Shown: positions 39,657 to 51,994 of the stretch, piece by piece | Numbering within the stretch: position 1 is the stretch's first letter | Layout of the letters: each line of letters opens with the position of its first letter | Source: Octopus vulgaris | Taxonomy: Eukaryota | Assembly (NCBI GenBank): GCA_951406725.2 | Contig: OX597821.1 | Location: 102,424,001 to 102,488,000 of the forward strand | Reading direction: 5' to 3' | DNA: 64,000 bases | Translations under genes and position numbers: made by a program | Notes under the pieces: model-generated | What the model saw: only the letters and a program-made list of their open reading frames with translations | Database searches by the model: none | Told to the model about the DNA's origin: nothing

Positions 39657-39877
39657 ACGACGGGGTGCTGAAAAGTTCCTGGCTTTGGATAAAAGAAAAT
39701 ACAGGAGGATCAGTTAATTATGATTTTATGTAACATATTCCTCTCTCAGATTCACACACACTTTTGCAGTGGTCCTTCAGTTTTTTTCTGAGCCCTGTTA
39801 AAGAACTCAGAAAGTTAGGCCTCCAACCAGGCCTTTCATGATACCCTTAAAGCCAGAAACTTTCCAGCACCTCCTCT
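39657..39877. mobile_element. mariner-type MITE, about 220 bp
   Basis: TIRs ggggtgctgaaaagttcctggcttt / aaagccagaaactttccagcacctcc. Confidence 0.7.
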
Positions 39878-39898
39878 TGCTTTTTCAGTTTTCAACCC

Positions 39899-40195
39899 CT
39901 GTGCTGGTGGCACGTAAAAAGCACCATCCGATCGTGGCCGTTGCCAGCCTCGCCTGGCACGTAAAAAGCACCATCCGTCCGTGGCCATTTGCCACCTCCG
40001 TCTGGCACCTGTGCGGGTGGCACGTAAAAAGCACCCACTACACTCATGGAGTGGTTGGCGTTAGGAAGGGCATCCAGCCGTAGAAACACTGCCAGATCAG
40101 ACTGGGCCTGATGCAGCCTTCTGGCTTCACAGACCCCAGTTGAACCGTCCAACCCATGCTAGCATGGATAGCGGACGCTAAATGATGATGATGAT
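39899..40195 (+). mobile_element. Young RTE LINE 3' UTR
   Basis: Three ggcacgtaaaaagcacc motifs, terminal stem-loop and (GAT)n tail. Confidence 0.85.
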
Positions 40196-40589
40196 ATATT
40201 TACAAGTGTCTTTAAAGTTAGGTGTTTTCAAGTGACTGATGTTTACACAGGGTAAACTAATCTCTTCTGCTTTTGTTCGAGTTAATTTGATATGAACAGG
40301 GTATTCAACTTTAAGCTTCAGCTAGATATCAAGAAAGCAAGAGAACTTACCTTAACACTCTATTGACAGTATATCTTTCTGAAGGTCAAGCTCATTGTAT
40401 ATATACATATCTATTTTAATCCTCAATAAGACATCTTGTTTAAATTTCATACTTCGTGCTACATTGAGCACACAAAATAATGCCTTACTAAATGTGTTGA
40501 CTCTGCTCTATTTTTATTTCTCTTTTCAATTGTTATAGCAGAGCTATTGTTGGCTGTCATATAGAAATTTAGCCAACTCATTCAGCAAA

Positions 40590-40624
<35 letters not shown>

Positions 40625-41299
40625 AGAGAGCCGAGCCTGTATGTAGTTGTTTGACCTGTGATAAATAGTAGTCAAAGCTTTTTGAGTGAATTTGTCTTGA
40701 CATGGCCTGATAGCTGTAAATGATTGTTATTATCATACATGCTCTGTCATTCATTTCCAGTATATTGTGAGAACATGCCTGACCATAACAAAGTATTCCC
40801 TTATTTGGAAACAGGTGAGGGTGGGCAACAGGAAGAGAGGGTATCCACCCATTAAAAATCTGCCCCAATAAACTCTGTCCTACCCATGCAAGTATGGAAA
40901 AGTGTAGATTAAAATGATGATGATGTCCCTAATACAAACTCTAACCCTGAGTTTATCCAATAACTTACCACTCACTCATAGTTAATCTCTCTGTTCAAGT
41001 CCTTCTTCTTGACAAGAATTTAACCTAAATAAGCTGGCACCTACTCTCACATACTACATACAGATAATACTTTGTATTGTTCTGTAATCTCTGTCTTGCA
41101 AACCTCTCAATCTTGTTAATACCTCCCCATTGCAAATAGTTCATATGGACATGTTTCCTTGTCTACTTGTCTGTGAATTCCTTTACTACATTGTCTTTTG
41201 CTTCTTATGCTTCTAAAACCTTTAGAGAAATCCTGGAAGGTATGGGGAGAGAGAGACACACACTTATATTTAAACAGATTTGTAAAACCTGTGTGTATG

Positions 41300-41420
<121 letters not shown>

Positions 41421-41785
41421 TTGTGATTTGATTTCTATTTTCCTGTTTACACAGCTAAACCTGCACACACACACACACACACACATTTATCTATGTATGG
41501 ATGTATGTATGTGTGTATCATCATCATCATCATTTACTGTCTGCTTTCTATGCTGGCATGGGATAGATAGTTTGACTGGAAATGGTACACTGGAGGTCTG
41601 TACCAGGTTCCAATCTGATTCAGTATGATTTCTATGGCTGGATGCCCTTCCTAATGCCAATCTATGTAGGTTGACCAACAGCAGCTCATTTCCCGTAGCT
41701 ATTTTGGACTTCCTGTATATCTCCATTTGGTTAAGTGAGCCTGAGAAGTATACAAGTTGCATGGGGGCTGAATCAAACTGTTTTA

Positions 41786-41823
<38 letters not shown>

Positions 41824-41829
41824 CAACAA

Positions 41830-42039
41830 TAATCCTTTCTACTGAAAGCATAAAGCCTCAAATTTGGGGGAAGTGATTGATTACATCGACCCCACTGTGT
41901 AACTGGTACTTAATTTATCAACCCTGAAAGGATGAAAGGTGAAGTCGACCCTGGCGGCATTTGAACTCAGAACATGAAGACAGACGAAATACCACTAAGC
42001 ATTTCGCCCAGCGTGCTAACAATTCTGCCAGCTCGCTGC
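41830..42039 (-). mobile_element. SINE-2 flanked by (TAA)n and CTGT-type microsatellites
   Basis: Homology to 17879-18106. Confidence 0.75.
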
Positions 42040-42377
42040 CTTGTCTGCCTGCCTGTATGTATGTATGTATATGTGCCTGCCTGTTTGTCTGTTTCTGCTT
42101 CTGTCTGTCTTTGTGCCTGCTTGTCTGCTTGCTTATCTTCCCCTCCATGTTTGTCTGTCTGTCTGTTTGCCTGTCATGTTTACTTCTCATATTTCCTCTT
42201 CTGTAATTACCAACCTACTTAAACTATGAAACTCTCCTCTCGTCTTACATCTGTTAGTGACCACGTGTGTAGTCACTGAGAATTTCACTACAGTAATTGG
42301 ATCGGTTGGGCAATTTTTTTTTCTTTCTTGAGACTGAAATACAAAGTAGTATTCACACAGAAGTATATACTGTGGAT

Positions 42378-42725
42378 CTCTTGTTTCAGTCATTGGCCAT
42401 TCTGGGGCACCACCTTGAAGGTTTTTAGTCAAACAGATTGACTTCAAATATTTAAAAAAAAAATCTGGTGCTTGTTCTGTTGATATCTTTTACCCAATCA
42501 CTGAGTTATGGAGATGTGGATGAATCCATCATTGGCCATGCTGGGGCACCACCTTCAAGGGTTTTAGTCAAACAGATTGACCCCCCCCTCCCGCTCCCGA
42601 TACTTATTTTAAAATCTGGTTCTTGTTCTGTCGGTCTCTTTTGCCCAATCACTGAATTAATCGGGACATGAACAAAACAACACCAGTCGTCAAGTGGTAG
42701 GAGTGGGAGCCACAAACACAAGCAT

Positions 42726-42762
<37 letters not shown>

Positions 42763-42912
42763 AGGCTTGCACACAATTCCCTCTACCAAATTCACTCACA
42801 AGGTTTCATTTGGCATGTAGCTATAGTAGAAGACACAAGCCCAAGGTGCTGTGCAGTGGGACTGAATCCAAAAGTACTTGATTGCAAACCAAGTTTCTTA
42901 ACTACATAGCCA
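42378..42912 (-). mobile_element. SINE-1 with a tandem duplication of about 140 bp in tail A
   Basis: cattggccat.ctggggcaccacctt..gtcaaacagattgac occurs twice; head at about 42780-42912. Confidence 0.7.
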
Positions 42913-43542
42913 TTTCTGTGTTGAGTATATTTTTTTGTTTTTTGATTTTACATTCTCCATGTTACTGTTTTTCTCTTCATTGTTTGTTTGGGTTAGACAG
43001 ATCTACACTTAAGATTTCGTTATGCCTTCTCCTTGGTCCGTCTTCATTGCTTTTATCAACCTAGCAGCTCTTGTTTATCCATTTATTATTTTTTTATGGC
43101 ATGTCCGTGTGGTTTAGAAAATGCTTCCTGACCATGTGTTCTCAGGTTCAGTCCCACTGTCTGGCACTTTGGCCATGGTTTTTCTACTGTAACACTATGC
43201 TGATCAAAGCCTTGTGAGTGAATTTTGATTCATGGTAAGTGGGAAAGCCTGTTGTGTGTGTGTGTGCGTGTGTGTATGCCTGTGTATGTGTGTACTATTG
43301 TCTTGACATCACATGATGATTGTAAATGAACATCACTGTTATATAAGTGACGTCCATTCCCAATTGTCCATGACAAATATTCTGGCCATGGGGGAGATAT
43401 CACCTTTCTGGAAGCATGGAAAAGTGGATAAATGATGATGACAATGAAGAGGATATGTTAGGAAGGGAAAAGGCATTGTCCATAACTTTTGTAAATCTTC
43501 CAAAATTAATGGAAGGAGTAAAGAGAAGAAACCCCAACCTGT

Positions 43543-43880
43543 ATCATCATCATTGTTTAACATCTGCTTTCCATGCTAGCATGGGTTGGACGATTTTGAC
43601 TGAGGGCTGGTGAACCAGATGGCTGCACCAGGCTCCAATCTTGATCTGGCAGGGTTTCTACAGCTGGATGCCCTTCCTAATGCCAACTACTCCGAGAGTG
43701 TAGTGGGTGCTTTTTACGTGCCACCGGGACGGGGCCAGTTAGGCGGTACTGGCAACGACCTCACCCAAATCTTTTTACACATGCCACCAACACAGGTGTC
43801 AGTAAGGCGACGCTGGTAACGATCACGCTCGAATGGTGTCTTTTACATGCCACTGACACAGAAGCCAGTTAGCTGCTCTG
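43543..43880 (-). mobile_element. RTE LINE 3' UTR, divergent VNTR variant
   Basis: (CAT)n tail, family terminus and variant units. Confidence 0.8.
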
Positions 43881-44451
43881 GAATAACACCTGACCTGACT
43901 TGAATGCTTGAAGCAAAATGAACTTCACTAAACACATCTAAGGCTTACAAAGATGGTTGGTATTAAACCAAACAAGAGTTTGGATCAATCACACAAGAAC
44001 ATACACAAACTTTGATGGTCTTCCATAGTTTTTGTTTACTCAGTTCCATTTGTAGGCTTAGTTTGACCTGATTCTATTGTAGAATAACATCTTTGAGGTG
44101 CTATGCTGTAGGATGGACCCTGGAACATTGTGATGTGCAAAGATGACTTCTTCACCAAAACACACTTCTATACTTATGTCACATCTCTGGCCTAATTCCT
44201 CCTTCATAGTTTTTATTAATCATTGTTATTGGTTTTATTAATGTTTGTCATTGTCTCTCAGGGTATATTCTGTTGATTGTACGTTATCACAACAGTTTAC
44301 TATGGCACCATATGTCCTTCCTACTTTTATCATATACTTCACTATCAGTAATCTGTTCTTTCAAGGCAGTATGAACATACTCTCATTCATAATGTTGAAG
44401 CTTTCCGTCAGTATATTGAGAAAACATTCAATATATATTTTCAGTTTTAGC

Positions 44452-44656
44452 AAGGTGGTGAGCTGGCAGAAATGTTAGCACACTGGGTGAAATACTTAGC
44501 GGTATTTTGTCTATCTGAGTTCAAATTCTGCCACGGTCGACTTTGCCTTTCATTCTTTCGAGGTCAATGAATTAAGTACCAGCTGCATACTGGGGTTGAT
44601 CTAATTGACTTGCCCCTTCCCCCAAAATTTTGGGCCTTGTGCCTAGGGTAGAAAAG
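44452..44656 (+). mobile_element. SINE-2 with 22-bp TSD
   Basis: aatatatattttcagttttagc at 44430-44451 and 44657-44678. Confidence 0.88.
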
Positions 44657-46075
44657 AATATATATTTTCAGTTTTAGCCTTCATTTCACTTCAGTGTAAG
44701 GTTTACTACTTTTTGGTATTGATGCAACTGAGATAATACTCTATCAGACATTTGTAATCACACTTTTGGCAGCCTTCACCGAGGGTGGGTTGAACTGGTT
44801 CCAACCAACAAGTTCACCATGTTCCTCATGAATGCTGACCACATCCAATGGTCAGCCCTAACTTTACAGCAGGCAAAGTAATGCTTCAGTCTGCAGCCCA
44901 AAAATCCATCTTGCAAATTTGATCATGTCCCACTGGGAAAGCAAGTGCAGACACCATAGCTCTAGTTGCTATTCGTTGTTGAGATGTAGAGGTCACGTTT
45001 GAAGTCTCATTGTGAATACAAATTTTCACATGTGGACCCTGGTCACATGCATATACATTTGCCACATGCATATACACTTGCCATGTATGATCCATAGCAG
45101 CTCATCTTACCATTGATTATTGACCATTGCAGAGGACTTGCTAACCAAGTCACTACTGATTATTAGAGCAGGTATAGTCTAAGTTTGAACCGGATGGTAC
45201 ATATGTTAGTTAACCCATAGCTGGGACCCTGGTTGGTGCTACTACTCTGGGTAAGAGTAGATCTGGGAAGAGGTGGTTTCAGATTCCTCAAAACCTCGAA
45301 ATTCCTATGCCAACATTCCACTACTGGATATAGTTTAAAGTCTTACCCATTGGAGACTTATCACTGCTAGACGGGTCTCACAAGATCCGCCTCCTACTAC
45401 AAAGAGGATTGTAATATGAAGCAGAAGGCAAAGAGCCAAAACAAAAATGACTTCACTTCTCGCTCCAAGATCTACAGATCTTGCAGACCATGGAGCGAGG
45501 GGGATGAGAGTCACTAAGTCATTACAAAGGTTGCAAACAACAATGAAAGAAATTTGACTAACAAGCAACTGTTTGGTTGTTTAAGCAGCACTTTAAACAA
45601 ACAATTGATTAGTTAGTTGGTTAGATATTTAACCAACTGACTAACAATAAAGAAGAGGGATTGAACCTGTGCTTGTGTTATTATTATTAGCATAATGACA
45701 GTCTCAAAACACAGGAAAATGAGGTGAATTAGTTGAGTTGTTAGAATGTGAGAAAGATTGCTCTGTGATAATTGCTTCAGCTCCTTGGTCTCTGAGTTCA
45801 AATACTATTAAGGTCAACTTTGCTTTACATCCTTTTTGGCGCTATAGAGCAACAGTCCTTTAATGTATATGTGTGTGTGTGTGGGTGGTTAGTTCTTTCT
45901 TGCTCCTTTTTTTTCTGTCTGTTTTACTTTTGGAAATAAATTGGCTTTGGTCAGACTGGGTAAAGGATGAACTTTGGCAGGTTGAAACACATGCTCAAGA
46001 TGAAATGTGCTATGACAGCACTTCCATAACCTCATCAAGTGTTGAGGGCCCAAGACAAGGCATGTGTGTGCATGA

Positions 46076-46750
46076 GGCAGACCCAGGAAAACCTGGGACG
46101 AGGTGGTGAAGCACGACCTTCGAACTTTAGGTCTCACTGAGGAAATGACTAGAGACCGAGACCTCTGGAAGTATGCTGTGTGTGAGAAGACCCGGCAGGA
46201 CAAGTGAGACCATAACCCGTGGCCTTCTACACGGGATGTAGCCAGTCCACTTATGCATACCTTCCCTTCTTGGGACACAAAACTCTACTTGTGAAGACCT
46301 GTTGAGGCAAGTGAGAATCAGAATCGAAATCGATCAATGGAAATTGCAGCTGAGTTACCAGTGCCGGTGGCACGTAAGAGAACCATCCGAACGTGGCTGT
46401 TGCCAGCGCCGCCCCGACTGGCCTCGTGCCGGTGGCACGTAAAAAGCACCATCTGAACATGGCCGTTGCCAGCGCCGCCCCGACTGGCCCCGTGCCGGTG
46501 GCACATAAAAAGCACCATCCGATCGTGGCCGTTGCCAGCTTCGTCTGGTCTCCGTGCTGGTGGCATGTAAAAAGCACCCACTACACTCATGGAGTGGTTG
46601 GCGTTAGGAAAGGCATCCAGCTGTAGAAACATTGCCAGATCAAACTGGGCCTGGTTTCCCAGACCCCAGTTGAACCGTCCAACCCATGCTAGCATGGAAA
46701 GCGGACGCTAAACGACGATGATGATGACGATGATGATGATGATGATGATG
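46076..46750 (+). mobile_element. Best-preserved RTE LINE 3' end: ORF C-terminus (46076-46207), 3' UTR with four motif copies, stem-loop and (GAT)n tail
   Basis: GRPRKTWDEVVKHDLRTLGLTEEMTRDRDLWKYAVCEKTRQDK*; units start at 46361, 46426, 46492 and 46554. Confidence 0.9.
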
Positions 46751-48593
46751 TATATATGTATGTGTATATGTGCGTGTGCACACACATACATCTTAAGCAG
46801 AAATGGAAAAGTAGTGCCCATGACATTTTATAGTGTCTGAGACTGGTTAGGGTTGGAAAGCCAGGGAATAAAGAAGAAACAGTGATTGATGAGTTGCTGC
46901 GGGAGTAAGCAAGCACAACAGGTTATTGACTTTTCTCCAGAGCGAACAGCTGAACTCTACTAAAAGTACTCAAAGGCCACTTGGTGGTATTAAACTGGCT
47001 GATGGGTTTAAGCCTTCTGCTTAAGAATACCATTTGCATTGTTACGAAATTCAATAGTTTTCTCACCAAAAATGTCATAGTAGCCTGAAATAGCAAATAA
47101 TTATTTCTGCATGTTTCCTGTAAAAAAAATTATCACTTATTATTTATATAACAACCCATAGGAAAAAAAAAAAAAATCCAAACCACACTGAGTAAAATGC
47201 TGCACTGAATTTTCATTGCGGTATGTTTGTTCTTGTATTGTCTTTAAATGTTTATATAAGTGAACCTATATGTTCAGGTCTCTATTCTTGCACATAAACA
47301 AACAAGTTTAACCAGTCAGGCAACACTGAAGCAGAGTCTGATATAGAAGAGAGAGAGAGAGAGAGAGACGAAAGCATTAGTTCTTCCCAACTAAATATAG
47401 TCTGACAGTGAAAAATAGCAATGATATATTACTAAATCCAGATTTCTTAATACAAACAATTAATTATCAAGTTATTGTTGCTATATTTAATTGAAAGGAA
47501 AAAAAAAAGCTAATAGAAAGAAAATTATGCACTGACTATGTTAATCAGTGATTAAAATTTAGTCATTTCCGAAAGTACAAGACACATTTCGGTCTTATCA
47601 AACCTCTTCATCAAGGCATTGACTTCACTGTATTTGCTGAAGTGTTGAAGGGGAGAATCAATAAAACCTTCAACATTTAATGTCCACTTTTCCCTGCGTG
47701 TATGGATTAAACTAAAAATTTATGAAGGGATGCCCTTCCTGCTATCAACCTTCACCTCTTTTCAAGCAAGGCAACATTTCTCCATGGCCTGACATGTTCT
47801 TCATGGAAGACGGGAAATGAACAACCTTGCTTGTTTGATGATGATGATGACCACTTACAACCATCATGTGATGTCCAAATAAGAATACACGCACACATGC
47901 ACACACAAACGCATGAACACTTCACACACACACACACACACACACGTGCACGCGCGCTCTCTCTATCTTCTCAGTCCACTCACAAGGCTTTGGCTAGTTT
48001 GGTGCAATAGAAGACACTTGCCAAAGGTGCTGCAAAGTGAAACTGAACCTGAGACCACATGGTTGAGAAGCTTACTTGTCAACCCCCAGTCATGTAAATG
48101 TATGATATTGTATATGAGCAGGTGTGAAAATTAGCATAACTTTAGAGACTGGGTAACTAAAGAGAAACTCACTTGGAGACATAATCTGTATGAAAATCAA
48201 TAATTGAGTTGGTTGTACCATATTTAATGATTTGAAGAAAAGACAGTATTAGTCAATGATTAATGTTTTAATTATTTTAATAAGTGTGGAAGACAATTCT
48301 ATATGTTTTCTATTTATTAGACCATTTCTCTAAACTCTGATGATTTTTCCTGCCTACTCATGTGCAATATAGTAAGAGGACAGTTACGGAAATGTATTTC
48401 TACTTCAATAGCCTTCATCAGCAGGACAATTGTCTGATCTTATCTCCAGTAACCTGGGGGCTTAGTCTGATACAAAGAGAAGAACACATTTATGGCTGCT
48501 GAGGTAACTTGCATAAGTTAAACAAAAACTCAGTGACCAAGGACATGTATTTGAACAATATACACAAATATGGATATATGAAGTACCATACAA

Positions 48594-48915
48594 CATCATT
48601 ATCATCATCATCGTTTAACGTCCGTTCTCCATGCTAGCATGGGTTGGACGGTTCGACTGGGGATCTGGGAAACCAGAAGGCTGCACCAGGCTCCAGTCTT
48701 ATCTGGCAATGTTTCTACAGCTGCATGCCCTTCCTAATGCCAACCACTCCGTGAGTGTAGTGGGTGCTTTTTACGTGCCACCTGCACTGGTGCCAGGCGA
48801 GTGCAGGTGGCACATAAAAAGCACCCACTACACTCACGGAGTGGTTGGCATTAGGAAGGGCATCCAGCTGAAACATTGCTAGATAAGACCGGAGCCTGGT
48901 GCAGCCTTCTGGCTT
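48594..48915 (-). mobile_element. RTE 3' end with a fold-back inverted duplication (palindrome 48670-48915)
   Basis: 48670-48788 is the near reverse complement of 48800-48915; 11-nt loop. Confidence 0.9.
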
Positions 48916-49559
48916 ATCTCTCTCTCTCTCTCTTTAGATGATGATAGTTACCAAATGGCAATTAAAAACAAAAGCTCCATATGAAAAAGGGGAGATAATC
49001 TAAAAAAAATTCAAAGATTTTCCAGTTGACAATGCTCTTAAAAAAAAAAGAGGCCAATGAGAGCAGTGAACTTACATTAGCTGGAATTTTACTGAATTTT
49101 CCCTCTTCCAGGGTCAAGCTTACAGTTTAGTGTCGAACTCCAAAGTTTCTTGTTATATTGATACTCTTTGACAATTCTTGATCAAAAAGTACTCCTCTTG
49201 GTTTAGTTACGCAATCTGCTGTCCATGGGGTAGACTCCTCTCTTGATTCAGTTGTGCCTATGCTCTTCCAAGGACGGTGTAAATAGTGTGATGGATAACT
49301 GAAAGTGTGAATTAGTTATGAATCAAGTTAGGTCTTGAATTTCTGTCTGGTCATTGCATGACTGATCTCCAATCTTCTATGAAAACATGTTTGGCCATGG
49401 AGGAATTATTAGTTTACAGGTGAGGGTTGGAAACATGAAGGGCATTTAGCCATAGAAATTGTTCCTCAACAAACTCTGTCTTACCTATATGAACATGGAA
49501 AAAGTTGATGTTAAAACAATAATGATTGATATACATAAATGTGTGTGTGTGTGTTTGTG

Positions 49560-49623
<64 letters not shown>

Positions 49624-49713
49624 GGGAGAGTTTACAAAAAAACAAAAGACGAAGACAGGTGGTGTACAAAACAAACAGATGTATTAGTATAATGCTCAGG
49701 AATAGAAAAAGTA

Positions 49714-49747
49714 TTTTACGTTTCGAGCCTATGCTCTTCTACAGAAA
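49714..49747 (-). ncRNA. Degenerate minimal hammerhead ribozyme motif within a probable Penelope-like remnant (about 49620-49840)
   Basis: Minus strand: UUU-CUGUAGA-A-GAGC AUAG GCUC-GAAAC-GUA-AAA, with a palindromic ACGU stem III. Confidence 0.55.
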
Positions 49748-51319
49748 GGGACACAGAAAAAAGAAGGAGAGAAAAAAATGTGTGTAGTGGCTAACGATCT
49801 ATCATGGCGACTGACTCGGACAGAAGGGTCACACACGAGAAGGATATATGTATGTGTATACATACGCATACACACAGACATACTGGCACACAATTTGTTA
49901 AAACCTCTAATTATGTTTTTACATATCTGTTCTATACCATTTGTGTATCACAGGTCTGTTTCTAAGGAAACCTATACACAAGATAGTCTAGTTGCCATTT
50001 CCTTAGGCCCTCACAAAATGCAGTAAACCTGCTGAATTAAGCTGAATGTGAATTCATTGTAATTCTGTTCGTTACCATATTTCTGTTGAAATACACTGCC
50101 TTTGTTTCAATTAATTTTTGAAAATAATGAAGAATTTAGTAAATTAACTTTGTCCTTTATTAAGTTGGCGTTTGGAGCATAAATTAGCATGAAGTATTGA
50201 TGGAAGGTTTTAATTTAGACCACTTTATTAAACAGGAAGTTTGTATCCCAGAACCAGGGGCAATCTAAGGCAGGTTCATATCAAAATGATTAATCACAAG
50301 TAGGAATGCTTTCCTCTTCCATCATTAATTTTTCCAAATTAAAAAAACAAAAAAAACACAAACAAACAACTATTGCTATCTGTTTTATGGACCTTGGAGT
50401 ACAAAAGCCAACCTAGTTTTTGTAAGATTTTAACTTAAAATCCTGAAACACAAGTTTGGTATGACAAACAAACTCACATTTTATCTCATGCTAAGTTTTA
50501 TATAATCTAAATCAGCTGGCTGTGATTAAGAGCAGAGGTTTAAAACAGAATCTGTTTCACTGGAAAAGTTTTTTGGTGATGTAGCAGTGAGGTCAGACAA
50601 CTAAATCTATTTCTAAATTTAGGGCAACCATTTCACATTCACCTTTAAAGCATTTATAGGTTTCTAACAGCCATTGTCATGAGAAAACAAAGTCCATGAA
50701 GTCTGTTTCATCCCTAGGGAAGTTGTTTTTGTTTCTGGTCTATCTTGCCCCTGACCAAATTATCATTGGTGATAATGTTATCTGAATTACGCGTAGTGTT
50801 TAGTTAATGTCACCTCACTTACTAAAACTACCGATAACATTAAACCAATGAGAAAGCTTGCATATCAGAGAGGGGGAGCACTTGATTGTGAACAAAATTT
50901 TGCTAGCATTCAAATTCAGAACCGGCTTCTTATAAAGTCTATTGTAGCCATATAAAGAATTATGATGATCAAAACAGTAATTTAATGCTTTATACTAATG
51001 AATTTATAAACTTAGATTCAGTTATTTTATCAGCACATGTCCTCCCCCACCCCAGGTTCTTTTGTATTTGCTATTTACCTCCTGATAATAAAAAGAAGCA
51101 AAGAGCTAACAGTCAAAACAAACTTATCTGTTCATTGCCTTTCAACATGCAGGGGGATGAATAACAACCAGGGTAACTATTAGAGGTAGCACAAAAGCTG
51201 GAGTACTTACACACCCACACACACACACATGTAGCAGCAGCAGGAAGGAGACTAGATCCCTGTTTGAAGTAAGTGCCTGCATATAAGCACGTCCCTACAT
51301 CCCTCTTCAGCTGAGCAAT

Positions 51320-51540
51320 CCTAATCTTGCAGGCCCGTGGATGCTGCTGGTGCCATGTAAACGTATCTGTGCCAGTGCTGCATAAAAACTCCCAGTACAC
51401 TTTGTAAAGTGGTTGGCCTTAGGAAGGACATCCAGCTGTAGAAACCATGCCAAAACAGACATGGAACCCAGGCAGCTCTTATCAAGCCGTCCAACCCATG
51501 CCAGCATGGAAAACAGATGTTAAATGATGATGATGATGCT
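51320..51540 (+). mobile_element. Older RTE 3' end
   Basis: Family terminus ccgtccaacccatgccagcatggaaa and (GAT)n. Confidence 0.7.
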
Positions 51541-51994
51541 GATGGGAAATATCATACTTACATTGCAGATTATTGCATGGAATGCAGGTAAAAGTAAATG
51601 CCTGCAGCATCTAGGATTATTCAATTAATTTAAATGTTGCTTCCGGAAATAGGTGCTATAAGCATCTACCTTAATCCATACTTACTGTATTTGTCTACAA
51701 TAACAGTAGAAGCATTTCTAATTGATAGGTGTGCTGTTGGCTCTGTGCTTTGTATACTGGACTGCTACAATAGCATCTCGGATTGAAACACAGCTGCTGA
51801 CAAAACAGTGATGCAAATACAAATATTTTGATGAGTTAGATCAGCATCAGATAGATTAGCTCTAGATTTATGGCACATCACTTTGAGAACAATGATACAG
51901 AAAATGACAAGTTAATTAAAGAAGCCCAGCTATCTAATTATTATTTCATACACAGACACAAACAATCAGACACACACACACACACTCAAACAGA

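Noticed and set aside
46361-46580. CRISPR-like array of conserved palindromic cores with variable linkers (also at 3061, 30580, 61818)
   Set aside because: The linkers are homologous to each other, the array sits in a LINE 3' UTR, and there are no cas genes in this eukaryotic context.
48378-48425. Hammerhead on the minus strand (CTGATGA..GTAAC)
   Set aside because: GAAA is mutated, and stems I and II do not form.
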